From Octopus bimaculoides (Eukaryota): 64,000 bases of DNA. Position 1 is the first letter of the stretch. Each line of letters starts with the position of its first letter. The position numbers were made by a program, and so were the translations under genes. Below, in pieces: positions 12,330 through 25,495 of this stretch. Under the pieces are notes generated by a model that searched no databases, was not told where the DNA came from, and saw nothing but the letters and a program-made list of their open reading frames with translations. The stretch spans positions 36,458,074-36,522,073 of the forward strand of contig NC_069002.1 in NCBI RefSeq assembly GCF_001194135.2. The letters are read 5' to 3'.

Positions 12330-13005
12330 GTAAGCATCATTTACAAAACGGTTTCTTTTTCATCATCATCTTTTAATGCCTCTTCTCCATGCTGGCATGG
12401 GTTGGACAGTTTGACAGGAGTTGGCCAGCTCAAGGGATCTGTTTTGGCATGGTTTCTATGGCTGGATGCCCTTCCTAACACCAACCATTTTACAGAGTGT
12501 ATTGGGTGCTTCTACATGGCACCGGCTTTTACATGGCACCGGCACAGGTGCTTCTGTGTCACACCAGCACAAGCGCTTTTACAATAACAGCTATAAAATA
12601 ATGCTGGCAGTAGATTTCAAAGAAAAGCTTTGATCTGTATTCACTGAGTCATTTTGTTTCTACTATAAAGTAGATAGTAGTGTCATATTATCGTTGTGAA
12701 TGCTAATGGTGTCAGATATAGCCCTTTCTACTTTAGGCACAAGGCCTGAAAGAGAAAGGCTTTGGGAGTAAACCCTGAGGATAAATCTGGAGCAGGAGTC
12801 CCTAAGGCAGTTCAATACTATATCCAACTCAATTCTGGCAATTCCTGCTGCCCCACTAGTGCCAAGTTCTATTAGCACCTGCCCTTCCCTTGGATAACAC
12901 TGGTGGCAATGGAGAGAGGAGAGCAACTGTCGATCTCCTATAAAACCCTACCCAAGGGTACTTAGCTGCAAAAAAATAATATATATTTCATTGTTACATT
13001 TCCAG

Positions 13006-13105
13006 GTTCAAATCGATCATCAAATTCTGAATCTTTGGATAAAAAGTCATCCCGAAATCTTGCAAAAAGGGTCTCTAGAGTCCTTGTTGGTGAGAGCAAA
13101 TTAAA
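13006..13105 (+). CDS. WDR11: WDR11 exon 7
   Basis: tttccag|(G)SNRSSNSESLDKKSSRNLAKRVSRVLVGESKL-AA|gtgagt; phases fit both neighbours. Confidence 0.9.
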
Positions 13106-13523
13106 GTGAGTTATTTCAAAGCTTGAATTTGTTTTATATAATGATTTATTGTTGTTGATGTTATGCAGCTTCAAGTTACCTCTGAAATTTTGATGGAAGA
13201 TTTTAATTTGGATCCCTTTAAAACAAAATTTGTATCATAGAACCAAAGGGCTGTCTCAAGTGGCTTGATATGTAAAGGGTCAAGGATAGTATTAAGTTCT
13301 TTCTCAGTCGCCTCTCCAAACATCTGATTGACTTGGCAACTTTTGTCCTTTGTTGTGAACACTAAATTATTCAGTATGAGACAAAGCACTGGGGTTAATT
13401 CAATGGATTAAGATCTACCGAAGATAATACCCTAGCATGGCCAGTATCCAGTGACTGAAACCAGTAAAAACAAAAAACTTTCCACTTTGTTTAACAATTA
13501 TGTCTTTTATTTCTAATTTCTAG

Positions 13524-13704
13524 GTCAAATTTAAACGATGAAGAACCTTTCACTTTAAATGAATGTCTGCAGTTAGCTTACCATAATTGTTGTCGGCATC
13601 ACTTAATACTCGTTTATCCTCGAGAAGTTCTCATACTTGATCTGAAAATAAACCAAACTGTCGGTATTATACCCATGGAGAGGACTGGCTCACCTTTTAT
13701 GCAG
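13524..13704 (+). CDS. WDR11: WDR11 exon 8
   Basis: ttctag|(K)SNLNDEEPFTLNECLQLAYHNCCRHHLILVYPREVLILDLKINQTVGIIPMERTGSPFMQ|gtaaat. Confidence 0.96.
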
Positions 13705-13987
13705 GTAAATATCATAGATTTTATGATCAGTCCATTGAGGGCAGTGTGTTGGCAGCATTGTTATTGCACTGGACAAACTGCTTAGAGGAATTTCATCCAG
13801 CTCTTTATATTCTAGGTTCAAATGTCACCATGGTCAACATTGTTTTTCATCCTTGTGGGATCAATAAAATCAGTTTACCTATTTAGTCCCCCTAACATAG
13901 TTAAATTTAGTTAAGATTGAAAAATGGGTTGCAAGCTGAAGTCTACTTTAATAGCTTTATATGTTGGGTTATTTTCTGTTTTGGTAG

Positions 13988-14111
13988 GTGTTGTCGTGTC
14001 GACAGAGGGATGTACTAATGTGTCTTCATGAGAATGGAAGCATCACCGTACGTGTGCGCCGCAAAACAAACATAATCAGTACTCCAGCATCTGAGGGAAC
14101 TGGCGCATTCG
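13988..14111 (+). CDS. WDR11: WDR11 exon 9
   Basis: ggtag|VLSCRQRDVLMCLHENGSITVRVRRKTNIISTPASEGTGAF-G|gtaagg. Confidence 0.95.
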
Positions 14112-14489
14112 GTAAGGAACCATTTCATCATTTGTCATTTTAATTAATGTAGAAAGAATTTTCATCGGTAGATTTTATTTTTGAGTTACCCTTGTTCATT
14201 AATTTGATCCGAGATTGTGTTTTGGAGACTAAAATAATTACATCATGATAGTCATTTTAGACACTAACAGGCAAGTTGTTGGTTCCTTTATTCACTGTAC
14301 TTAAGCTTTATCTACTTAAAGTTGCAGCATTAAATACAATTTATAAACATGTGGAAGAGAGCTTTAAAAACATGAGCTATAAAAACTTCAGATAGTTGGG
14401 AAATCAATTTTCTCAAATGCCCTGGACTCTCTTTAGAGGAAGTGGATAATTTCTGCTACTTGAGGGACCAAATTAGTTGTGGGGGAGGA

Positions 14490-15010
14490 TGTATGGAAAG
14501 TGTAATTGCTAGAATAAGAATTGGACAGAGAAAATTCAAAGAGTTTTTACCTCTGTTGACAACCAAAGATCTCTCTCTTTCTCTCTCTGAGTGAAAGGAA
14601 GATTGTATGATGCATGTGTGTGAACTACCATGTAGAATTGCTATTCTACATGGTAGTGAGATATGGGCCCTAAATGCAGAGGACAAGCAAAAGCCAGAGA
14701 GGAATGAAGCTAGTTTGCTCTACATGTGGGACAGAGTGTTAGTGTATTGAGAGAGAAATTAGGCATAAGAGGAATTAGATGCAGTGCAAGAGAGAAGACT
14801 GCACTGGTTTGGTCATGTGATATGGATGGATGCCGACAGCTCCAGAAAGAAGTGCCATTCACTGAAAGTGGAAGGAACTTGTGGAAGAGGGGGACCCAAG
14901 AAGACATGGGACAAAGTACTGAGGTACAACCTCAGAACATTGACTCTTTCAGGTGAAATGACAGAGGACTAAGATATCTGACACCTTGCTGTATTCAAGA
15001 AGACCTGTAC
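14490..15010 (+). mobile_element. RTE-clade LINE 3' fragment
   Basis: LHGSEIWAL, REKLGIRGIRC, RRLHWFGHVIWM, GTCGRGGPKKTW. Confidence 0.85.
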
Positions 15011-15549
15011 TCCACAGCAGAAGTGTTGTTAAGGCTGCGTCCCGTGGTGAAGAGGGTTGGCCTGCATGAGTCCTGTACTGGAACCATGTAGAAGGCATTC
15101 ATGCTGGTGCCATGTAAAAGTACTTGTGCAGGTGCCACATTAAACGCACCCAACACACTGTAAAGTCGTTGGCATTAGGAAGGACATTTGGCCATAGAAA
15201 TCATGCCAAATCAGACTGGAACTTGGTGAAGCTCTCCAGCTTGACAGCCACGGTTAAACCAACCAAGCCAGACCGACATGGAAAATGAACATCAAAGGAT
15301 CACACACACACACACACACACACATCATAATCATCATCATTATTTTATGTCTGGTTTCCATGCAGGCATGGGTTAGATGGTTCATCACAGTTCAAATCAG
15401 TTCTTATTGGGAGTTGCTACTCTTATAGATTGGTGCTCATGCTTGGTTTCTTTGGTTAGATATCCTTCCTCTTACCAACTGCTTCACAGAATGTTCTTCA
15501 GTACATTTTTTCATGACACCAACACTCAATGTTTTTCTTTCTTTTGTAG

Positions 15550-15737
15550 ATGATGGCTTGTTGAATCCAGCTTTGGATATTTCCTATGACCTACGATGCC
15601 AATCAGATCCGTTACGAATAACTCGACATAGTAAAGTGTTTGGAGTCTCGCTATGTGCTGTATCAGAAAGGTTACTAGCTCTGGTAATGAGTGATAGCAG
15701 AGTGCTTTTTATTGAGTTAAAAGCTACTGAATATAAG
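15550..15737 (+). CDS. WDR11: WDR11 exon 10
   Basis: ttgtag|(D)DGLLNPALDISYDLRCQSDPLRITRHSKVFGVSLCAVSERLLALVMSDSRVLFIELKATEYK|gtaacc. Confidence 0.95.
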
Positions 15738-15800
15738 GTAACCTTCTCCTTCTCTTACTTGCTTCATATTTGTTGTATCTTATATTGCATTTTAATATAA

Positions 15801-15847
<47 letters not shown>

Positions 15848-16505
15848 AAGTTATGCCAGCATGGACAATAGACATTAAATGATGATGATATATCTATCAT
15901 CATCATCATCGTTTAACGTCCGCTTTCCATGCTAGCATGGGTTGGACGATTTGACTGAGGACTGGTGAAACCGGATGGCAACACCAGGCTCCAGTCTGAT
16001 TTGGCAGAGTTTCTACAGCTGGATGCCCTTCCTAACGCCAACCACTCAGAGAGTGTAGTGGGTGCTTTTACGTGTCACCCGCACGAAAACGGCCACGCTC
16101 GAAATGGTGTCTTTTATGTGCCACCCGCACAAGCCAGTCCAGGGGCACTGGCAACAATCTCGCTCGAAAATCCTACAGGAGCCAGTCAGGCGGTACTGGC
16201 AACGGCCACGCTCAAAATGGTGCATCTCATGTGCCACCCGCACAAGAACCAGTCCAGGGGCACTGGCAACGATCTTACTTGGCTTGCCGGGTCTTCTCAC
16301 GCACAGCCCATTTCCAAATATACATTAGACTATTTAGATAAATAAGAAGAATTGTATATCTGCAGTTCTTATATTACAGTCATTTATACAGCATGTTTGA
16401 TTTAAAACTCTGTCCCACATATGTTTCTGCTGCAGGAATATCTTATGTGGTGTTTATTTACATCCTCTTTGTTCATCTGATGAATTTATTCTCCTTATCT
16501 ATTCA

Positions 16506-16543
<38 letters not shown>

Positions 16544-17049
16544 GTACACAAGGTCTTATCAATAAGTATCCAGACTGTTGCCATAGTAACAAAGCTAAAG
16601 CACACATGGTTTCTATGGCTCGATGCCCTTCCTAATGCTAACTACTTTACAAAGTGTACTGGGTACTCCTGTGTAGCACCAGCATGGGTGCTTTTTCCAT
16701 GGCACCATAAATATTTTTTTTTAATTACTGAGAAATGTATCATTTTGAGTCGGGCAAATATTTTGTAGTCCCAGCAGACAGAATGGGTACCGAAAGAGCC
16801 ATTCTAACCTACTGAGCTTATTCTGGAAAATGGCATTGTCTATCCTGATGAAACCAGGGTACTGGTTCAAGAGCCTAAGATACTAGACATGTACCACCTC
16901 ATTAAGTTCAAAAGAAACCTATTGGTGTGCATCCAGTAATTCATTAACTTTAATTCGTTTGTTGGGTAATGAAACCTGGTTGCTGTTGAAAGTATTTTTC
17001 TCTTATTAATTATTATCGATTGATCTCTCATTTGTTTTTATTTCTTTAG

Positions 17050-17407
17050 GTTGGTTATAATTATCCAATACAGCTGACTTCTCCTTTGTACACACCTGGC
17101 TATTCTTTGGACCCTCTAGTCAGTTTTACCAACACTGTCTACTGCGATGGAACAAACCAGTTCCCGATAACCAGCGATATCCCATATCCTCGCAATACAC
17201 TCTATGACTTGATAGGTCAGCCTCAGTTGAGTGCTGGTGGAATGTATGAGTCCAGTTCTCCGTATCGTGTGTCAAACCATGGCGTTGCACTCAAGTTTAT
17301 GTTAACAGGACTCCTTAGTGGCGTTGCTTCCCCGGTGTCTGTGATTAGGATGTCACCACCACTAACCCAGAAAAATGCTTCCATGTACAAACCCCTTCTG
17401 GCAGTTG
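17050..17407 (+). CDS. WDR11: WDR11 exon 11
   Basis: ctttag|VGYNYPIQLTSPLYTPG...LKFMLTGLLSGVASPVSVIRMSPPLTQKNASMYKPLLAV-G|gtaagt. Confidence 0.95.
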
Positions 17408-18426
17408 GTAAGTCTGTTGAATGCCTCCTGTTTTACATTGCTACTGTTGTTGTTGTTGTTGTTGTTGTTGTTACTACTGCTCCTGCTTTTTAAACACCAG
17501 GTCAACCCCTGCTTTGACTATTCTACCTTTCTGTTTATCTAGGACTGCATTGTCCAATGTGTCCTTGATATATGTGACACTGCAGTCCTCGATGTAAATG
17601 AGTTAGACAAATGTATAACACTGTGTAACACGATTTTTGTCCTTGGGTAACAACTGTTATTTCCGGTTTGCTTATCCCTAGAAAGTATGAAAAAATGTCT
17701 AATATTTCCTTCAAACTTTGCATTTGTTACGTTTATTCAAACTCCTATGGCGCTCCACTACTACTCCTGCTCGTGATCAGGGATGCACATACTGTCAGCC
17801 ACTAAAGGACATGCTCAACTGGTTATGGTCAAGCAACTGACAAGCAAATCTGTGGTATTGAGCAGAATATTTGATATAATGATATTTCTGCATCAGCAAC
17901 CCAGTGCTGAATCTGTCTGAAATGTAATGGGGAAATAGGTCAGGTTAGAAAAGCAAAGTTTGAAGTGAATAGTAGTCAGTTTCCATTGATTTCTAGACAA
18001 AAGCAAATAGGAAATAACATTTACTGACCAAAGGCAAAAAAAAGGAAATATATAAATTTTGTTACAAAGTATTATTGAGGTTTTATTTTGCAGCCAAATG
18101 TCCTTCTTGTTACTAACCCTTACCTGTTTTTTAAGTAAAGAATATTTTATTCCATATGTATATATATATATATGTGTGTGTGTTTGTGAACCCGGAACCA
18201 TGTGGTTGGTAAGCAAACTACTTACCACACAGCCACCCCTACGCCTATGAAAAAATGAGCAAGTTAGTTACAGCTGTGTGTGTGTGTGTGTGTGTATTAA
18301 TCGTATCTCAACAGCTCAACTTAAAAGGTTAAACTTATAAAATCCCACCCCCACAGATTCTAACATGGATGAAGTAGGGATAAAAAAATGTTAAAAAGAA
18401 GTGTTGTGTGTCTTTTTTTTTTCCAG

Positions 18427-18511
18427 GTAACAATTCAGGATCTATACAGATTTTTAACCTATGTAGTGGGCAACTGGACAAAGAATTTTGTGTTCACTCA
18501 ACCATTGTCAG
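18427..18511 (+). CDS. WDR11: WDR11 exon 12
   Basis: ttccag|(G)NNSGSIQIFNLCSGQLDKEFCVHSTIV-AG|gtaaac. Confidence 0.95.
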
Positions 18512-19657
18512 GTAAACATTTTTATCTCTTTTGTTACTTTTTGTGAGATAAATGGTGACAATTCGATAGAATCAGTTGAGTAACTGATGAAATGCTTTGT
18601 AGTATTTAGTTAAAACCCTTTATGTCGAGAGTTCAAATCCTGTAGATGCCAGCCTTCATTTCATAATTCTGGGCTGATTAAATAATTAGGTTAAGTATTG
18701 CATTTGATTAATTGCTAGTAATCATCCCTCAGAAATATTGGAAAATGAAAAAGAGAGAGAAAGTATGAGGATCAGCTTGTTTCTTTGCTGATACCTCTTC
18801 ACCTTATCTAATCAACATAATTCATTTCATGCTTTTTTTTTTAGGACTAATCCAAGATTAGTCACAAAACAAGTTTACCTGTGCCCAGCGTCGCCTTTCT
18901 GGCACTTGTGCCCGTGGCATGTGTAAAGACATTCGAGCAAGTTCGTTGCCAGTGTTAGGAACAGCATCCAGCTGTAGAAACTCTGCTAAATCAGATTGGA
19001 ACCTGGTGTAGCCATCTGGTTTCACCAGTCCTCAGTCAAATCGTCCAACCCATGCTAGCATGGAAAGCGGTGATGATAGTATTAAGATAGTTAATATAAC
19101 TTTAAAAGTTAATTTTACAGTAAGGAAAAAACAATATTAATCAATGACTAGTATTATTTTAATTTTTTTTTTTCAACAAGTATTGGAGATAATTTTAGAC
19201 ACGTTTCAGCCTTATTACAGTTATAGTCTTATCAGCTAAGCTTAGCCTTCACCAATGTGCTGAAGTAAGGAAGGAAAATAATCACTAAGGAAATGTACAA
19301 TGATGCATTTTAGTTTGTGGAGGACAATAAAATCATTTAGAAGAGAAATAATGAAAAACATTACTTGGTTTTCTTAACGATCCTTATATTAAATATTTTC
19401 CTGACTTGAATATTTATCTTGACTAATCATTTTTTTATGAGGTTGGCATCTCTGGCATGCACATGCCCGTGTGCATGTGCACATACACACACACACACAC
19501 ATTTAAACTAAGCTTGTAGTGGGACACTAAGAAACAAAAATAAGCTTCTGATTAGATTCTCTTTCACATGTGTCATCCACATGTACATGTATTCTAAATT
19601 TAAACATATAACACATGTATTGCGTGATTGCTATTTATTTTTTTATTTTTATTACAG

Positions 19658-19764
19658 AGGGATTGAATGGGCTGGTCTACATTTCTTCATATCATTTGCA
19701 TATCCTGACCCTAGTGCTTCAGGACTTGTAAAGAATGAAATTCTGTTGGTTGACATCATTTCAG
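19658..19764 (+). CDS. WDR11: WDR11 exon 13
   Basis: ttacag|(R)GIEWAGLHFFISFAYPDPSASGLVKNEILLVDIIS-G|gtatgc. Confidence 0.95.
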
Positions 19765-19851
19765 GTATGCAAATTATATTTTCGTTGATATACACACAGT
19801 TCCTTGTAAGATCCAGCCTTTTGTATACAATGTGGATATATATATATACAC

Positions 19852-19895
<44 letters not shown>

Positions 19896-19989
19896 TACAT
19901 GCATATATCATCATCATCCTCCAGTGTTTAAATCCGGGTTTTTGTTTCTGTTAACAGGGGTGGCCAAATCTACCTCAATGCCATAGCAA

Positions 19990-20625
19990 CTGCCCTCGCA
20001 CCATCTTGCCCGGTTTGGGGCATCATCCCTTCTCAAGCCAACCCACCCAATCTCCTCCTCCACCTGTTCCCTCCACGTTTTCCTCAGTCTTCCTCACTTT
20101 TGCACTCCATTTACTTCATACTCAAGCACCCTCCTCAGAACATGCTCCTCATCCCTCCTCAACACATACCCATACCACCACACTCCATTTACCCTTGCCA
20201 TCCATTTTACCAATTCCTCCGACCCCAGCATCCCCATCAAGTCCTCAGTCCTCCTCTTATCAAACAGCTTCACCTCACACATTTCTCTCACCATTGCTCT
20301 CCCAGTCCTTTTCAAAATTGCCATCTCTCTCTCTCTCTCTCCCTCAAACACCATATCTCATTCCCATACAGCATTGCAGTTCTCACACAACTCCTACAGA
20401 CCTTTTTCCTTTCATCTTCAATGAGAACCTTTTCCCATATAACAATGCTCCACATTCCCTGAACTTCACCCAGCCAAGTCTCACTCTTACTGTCACAACT
20501 GCTTCACATCCACCCCTTATGTCCACCCTGTCTCCCAAATAACAAAACCCTCTCACCGTTTCCACCTCATCACATAAAGTTTCCACTGGTTCCACCAGCC
20601 CTACAGCTCTTTTCTCACATCTTCC
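19990..20625 (-). mobile_element. RTE-clade LINE fragment
   Basis: ETVRGFCYLGDRVDIRGGCEAVVTVRVRLGWVKFRECGALLYGKRFSLKMKGK; WYGYVLRR. Confidence 0.85.
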
Positions 20626-20787
20626 TCAAACAAACTCTCTTGCCAGTCTTTCATAACCATTTAATACATACACACTCACATATATCATTATGTATATTTG
20701 TTTTATTTTGTTAAACTATCAAATACTTTTGACATGTTTCTCGCGCTTTATTCCTTTGCATATAAACAATTACACTTTCTTTTACAG

Positions 20788-20860
20788 GGAATGAAACCCC
20801 AATCCGAATTCAACGTGATGAAGAATCCCCTATCCATGCATTACGTGTGTCACCAATGAG
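20788..20860 (+). CDS. WDR11: WDR11 exon 14
   Basis: ttacag|(G)NETPIRIQRDEESPIHALRVSPM-AG|gtaaat. Confidence 0.93.
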
Positions 20861-21962
20861 GTAAATTATTAACCAGATTATCTCAGGGTAAAGATATAAA
20901 ATAATCATGCAAAGAGCCGAGTCTGCTTTGCGGCATTTCTTCTGATGTTCTGCACTTCATGTTCAAATCAGGCCATAGTCAACTTTACCGTTTATATTTT
21001 CAGGGCTGATTAAAAAAAAAAGGGGTACTAATTCAAGGTGATGGATTAGTGGAATTGTAAGAATGTCAAGCTGGGTAACTTGTGATATTTTGTTCCAGCT
21101 CTATGTGCTCAGAGTTCAAATCTCACCATGGCCTATGTGGATGGTTGAGGCACCTTGGGTGCCTTTCATGGAAGTCTACTTTGTTGCATGTATTCAGGCC
21201 AGCTCACCTGTTTGAGGGTACCTCCCCTCCTCCTCCCATCCAATCTCAGAGGCTCTATAAAAAGTTATTTCCTAAAGAGATAAAAAAAAAACATTTTAAC
21301 CCTAGGTCAGCCTGATTGAGCAAACATTTGATCAAAGGTGTCCTACTTTAACTGTTCTATATTTTTCTAGCCATAGTGTATCTTGGAATATATTGTCTTG
21401 TATATCTTTTTTTTTTTCTTTAACAATGGTAGAGTGAGATTAGAGTGAAGTTTGGTTGAAGTTTCTACCAGGTTAAGTGACCACATAAAAGCCCACATGT
21501 GGTGCATTTTGAATCGTTTTATAGTTAACTTCAGTATGCTTGAAAGATTAAGCTGTTTTCTTTCACAATCACAAGATCCTGGTTTCAGATTTGTTGCATG
21601 GCATCATCAGACTATATTTTGTGGAAAATTATGATAAGAATGAAAGAGACACAAGTAATAAAACAAGGCAAGAATGTTTATGGATTTTAGAGAGAGAGAA
21701 TGAGGGATCGCTGAGGAAATCATGGCAAAGTATGGGATCACATGGGTCATGAAACAGGGAGAGAATATTGCAAGGATTTAAAGAATTATGAGTTTTGGAA
21801 GTTATTTGAAAACTTAAAGAATTACAAATTTCAAAGATTTTTTCTCCAAGATTATGGCAAAAAACACTGGCCCAATGGACCTCACTGTGGAAATGAACCT
21901 GAAATCATTTGGTTGCAAAGCAAAAATTTTAACCACACAGCCTTTACATCAGTATCTTTTCT

Positions 21963-22556
21963 NNNNNNNNNNNNNNNNNNNNNNNNNNNNNNNNNNNNNN
22001 NNNNNNNNNNNNNNNNNNNNNNNNNNNNNNNNNNNNNNNNNNNNNNNNNNNNNNNNNNNNNNNNNNNNNNNNNNNNNNNNNNNNNNNNNNNNNNNNNNNN
22101 NNNNNNNNNNNNNNNNNNNNNNNNNNNNNNNNNNNNNNNNNNNNNNNNNNNNNNNNNNNNNNNNNNNNNNNNNNNNNNNNNNNNNNNNNNNNNNNNNNNN
22201 NNNNNNNNNNNNNNNNNNNNNNNNNNNNNNNNNNNNNNNNNNNNNNNNNNNNNNNNNNNNNNNNNNNNNNNNNNNNNNNNNNNNNNNNNNNNNNNNNNNN
22301 NNNNNNNNNNNNNNNNNNNNNNNNNNNNNNNNNNNNNNNNNNNNNNNNNNNNNNNNNNNNNNNNNNNNNNNNNNNNNNNNNNNNNNNNNNNNNNNNNNNN
22401 NNNNNNNNNNNNNNNNNNNNNNNNNNNNNNNNNNNNNNNNNNNNNNNNNNNNNNNNNNNNNNNNNNNNNNNNNNNNNNNNNNNNNNNNNNNNNNNNNNNN
22501 NNNNNNNNNNNNNNNNNNNNNNNNNNNNNNNNNNNNNNNNNNNNNNNNNNNNNNNN
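21963..22556. other. Assembly gap (others: 5309-5554, 37524-37533, 51891-52325, 56693-56701)
   Basis: N runs. Confidence 1.
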
Positions 22557-22761
22557 ATATATATACATATATATATATATCTGTATATGCATGTATGTTT
22601 TTTTATAGAGAATTAACTTATTGATATTGCTATGTGATGTGTTATTTAATTGTATTTAGAACATGTTAATGTCATGATTGTTTAAAACCATCTGTTAATT
22701 ATTTTAAATTAAATTTTCTTCTTGACTCTGACGACTTTTGTATTTCGTTTGCCACATCTAG

Positions 22762-22898
22762 GAATGGTTTCCCGCCTCTAACATTCGGACATTGAAGAGG
22801 AAACTCAATACTGAATCTAAAGACTCTGATAGTTCTGTAAACATCAACACCGAAAGCCTTTCTTCCTCATCATTGTCTAATTTAGATAATTCCTCAAA
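22762..22898 (+). CDS. WDR11: WDR11 exon 16
   Basis: atctag|EWFPASNIRTLKRKLNTESKDSDSSVNINTESLSSSSLSNLDNSS-AA|gtaaga; resembles human EWSPSHNLKSLRKK. Confidence 0.92.
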
Positions 22899-23425
22899 GT
22901 AAGAATTTGATTGATTGATTGATTTACTATTCTTTTTTGTTTTTTAACAATTGGTTTTGTATTGTGTCATTCTCAGACCTGTGGCACACATTTAGGCAAA
23001 TAACAAAGTGTCGCCCATGAATTTATTCTTTTAGATAAAGCCTTGTTTCTGTGCCTAGCTAAGGACCATACTCTAACACGTAGTGGTTGATCATATGGAA
23101 TGCAGTGTGACAGTGGGGACGTGTCTTCTGTCCATTATCTGGACTGCTTCCATACACTGCACTCTGTCCACTGTCCAAACAACTACACCAACACCAAGTG
23201 TCTTTTTGTACACTTGGTGTTTGTGTTATCATTTTGATCTTGGTCGACCCTAATCTATTGATCAAAAGCTTTCCAACCATGCCTAACCCATCTGTTTTCA
23301 GAAACAGTATTCCCAGAACTATATTGTAATGTGTCTTTCTCTTTAAAATACTTTGGTGTGAGATGAGGGAGATCTGGCTGTCATTTTTAGCATTGTTCAT
23401 TCCATGTCTTCAGTTTGAGGATAAT

Positions 23426-23655
23426 TTAACCCTTTCGCATTCAGATTACTCTGTCTAAAAAATAATGCATATTTATTCACATTGTTTTGAATGAATCATG
23501 CCTTGCCTCAAACTTCTGAGATTTCAATGATGTTATGCATTATTTTTAGAATGACATTGTAAGATAGGTTTGAAAGGCCAGATCAGGCCAGTTTGAACAT
23601 AAAACAGGGAGAATATTTGGGCCAAATATGCCCTGTTTAAATTCTAAAGTGTTAA
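23426..23655. mobile_element. piggyBac-like MITE, second family
   Basis: TTAA|CCCTTT ... AAAGTG|TTAA; partial relatives near 35860-36000 (reverse) and 37852-37985. Confidence 0.7.
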
Positions 23656-24171
23656 TCCTTTCTTCCTTTCAGTTTCAGAGCCACTGAAAAGGGTCATTGG
23701 GCTTTGCTACCTCTGATTCAGCCATTTAAAGAAAAATAGTGTGTGTATATGTGGGGGGGGAGTGTCTATGTATTGGGCTTCGTTGTTTGCTCGTCCACAC
23801 ATTATTGTCGTTTAGTTCTGATTCAGGAGACTTGTGTTGATTTCTCCTCCTCTCACCCTACCCACACCAAACTCTCCGTTCACTGCTCCCAATTCCTCCC
23901 TCTGCGCAGGCTCTGCATTGACAATCATGACTTTGAGACTCAGACTCAACTCATGGCTCGCCACTTCATCCTTCGTGGATATCTCAAATATGTAATATAA
24001 TTTGATAAATCTAGATGGATAAGATTAGTACTGGACATAAATACTAAGGTTATGATAGTCATCAAAAGTCCATAAAGATGGTGCTCTAGCATGGCCACAG
24101 TAAAAAACTAAATAAATAGAAGTATTCTGATTGTTTTGTCTCATTGTTCCATTTTATCTTTGGTATTTTAG

Positions 24172-24298
24172 TGAGAACAAGCCAAGCGGTAAAGTAACTG
24201 GTAAGGAACATTTGGTATTTACAGACCAAGAAAGCACCTTGTACCATTTTGTTATTGAAGGAAGCACCATCACAGATGTCTCTAAACTTCCTGTGGAG
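24172..24298 (+). CDS. WDR11: WDR11 exon 17
   Basis: ttttag|(N)ENKPSGKVTGKEHLVFTDQESTLYHFVIEGSTITDVSKLPVE|gtaagc. Confidence 0.95.
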
Positions 24299-24923
24299 GT
24301 AAGCTAGCTTATTACATCTTCAGAATAATCTACCCAAAAACACCATCCATAAGCAACACTGTGGTTTAGTTTGTGTTAAGATGAACATCATTTAATGCAG
24401 GGTACGTTCAAAAGATAATTGGAAATAATTAAGTGGTGAGAAGTAAGCAATATTAGTCATTGGCTAAGTACAGAGAAATCTATGATTTGCTGATGAGGTC
24501 ATAATAAAACTGAAACATGTCCAGAGTTGTTTCCCTTACTGAAATGATGTACTAATATAATTCTCAGTGTTTCTCCTCTTGGTTTGTCCTTCCTTTTTGA
24601 CATGCATATCAAAGGCAATTAACTGCCAAGATGCTCTTACTATCTCTGTATGTTGTCATATATAATTGTATATTTTATTATTTATTAAATGATAAAGAGG
24701 GACATGTATTTTATTCATTTGATTCCTTTAAATACACAAGTAATTGAATATAAAACCAAATATTTATCACTGTGGATTTTCAAAATATCTGCTAGTTAAA
24801 ATAATATCTATCATCAACTGATATTGTTTTTCCCTCGTTGCATAAATACCTTTAGTTTATCTATTAATGCTCCGTGTATCAACTATGTTAACTATTACAT
24901 TTACACATGTTTTCATTCCTTTC

Positions 24924-25495
24924 AACTCAGGTTTTGTTGGAACTCCTGGAGTCTTGTATGTGTAGCAAGCTTGCTACCTGCAGCCTATGATACCATGCTA
25001 TCTGTTCTTTTCAACTGTCTGATATTTCCCTAATTATTCTGGCTGTGCCAAGGAAGCAAATATTTTATAACAGTTCTGCTGGGCACTCTATTCCAATTTC
25101 CTTTATATTCTTCTTGATGCCTTCTGATACTGTCCTGAAGGATCCAACACTATCTTCACCTTCTACATTTTCCATAGCTGGGCTGTTTCATACTTTAGAG
25201 AATTGAACATGTCTATATTTTTGCCTTCCTTCTTGACTATTCATTCGTCAAAGGGGCATGCAACATCAGTTCTATAGCATATGTGGTTCACGTTGTCCAC
25301 CACCACTAGGTCTGCCTTGTTGTGTTCAAGTACAAGATTTTGTAGGTCTCCAACTCCTCCACTCTCTGCAGTTTGTGCTCATACCATGTCTTGCCTTGCT
25401 CTAGACTCCACTTTTCACATAGGTAGCATTTTTGCTACCTCACCATGTTACCAAAACTTGTAGTAGTTTTGGGCAAGTCTAAGGCATTCGTTATC
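24924..25495 (-). mobile_element. Dong/R4-clade non-LTR retrotransposon 3' fragment (restriction-like endonuclease)
   Basis: LAQNYYK..H.EVAKML..LCEKW....WYEHK, HNKADLVVVD...CY..DVACPFD, CFLGTARIIREI then 3' UTR; several stops. Confidence 0.85.

Noticed and set aside
15965-16345. 126-aa ORF and overlapping ORFs
   Set aside because: Lie in the internally repeated 3' region of a dispersed RTE-type repeat; no coding motif
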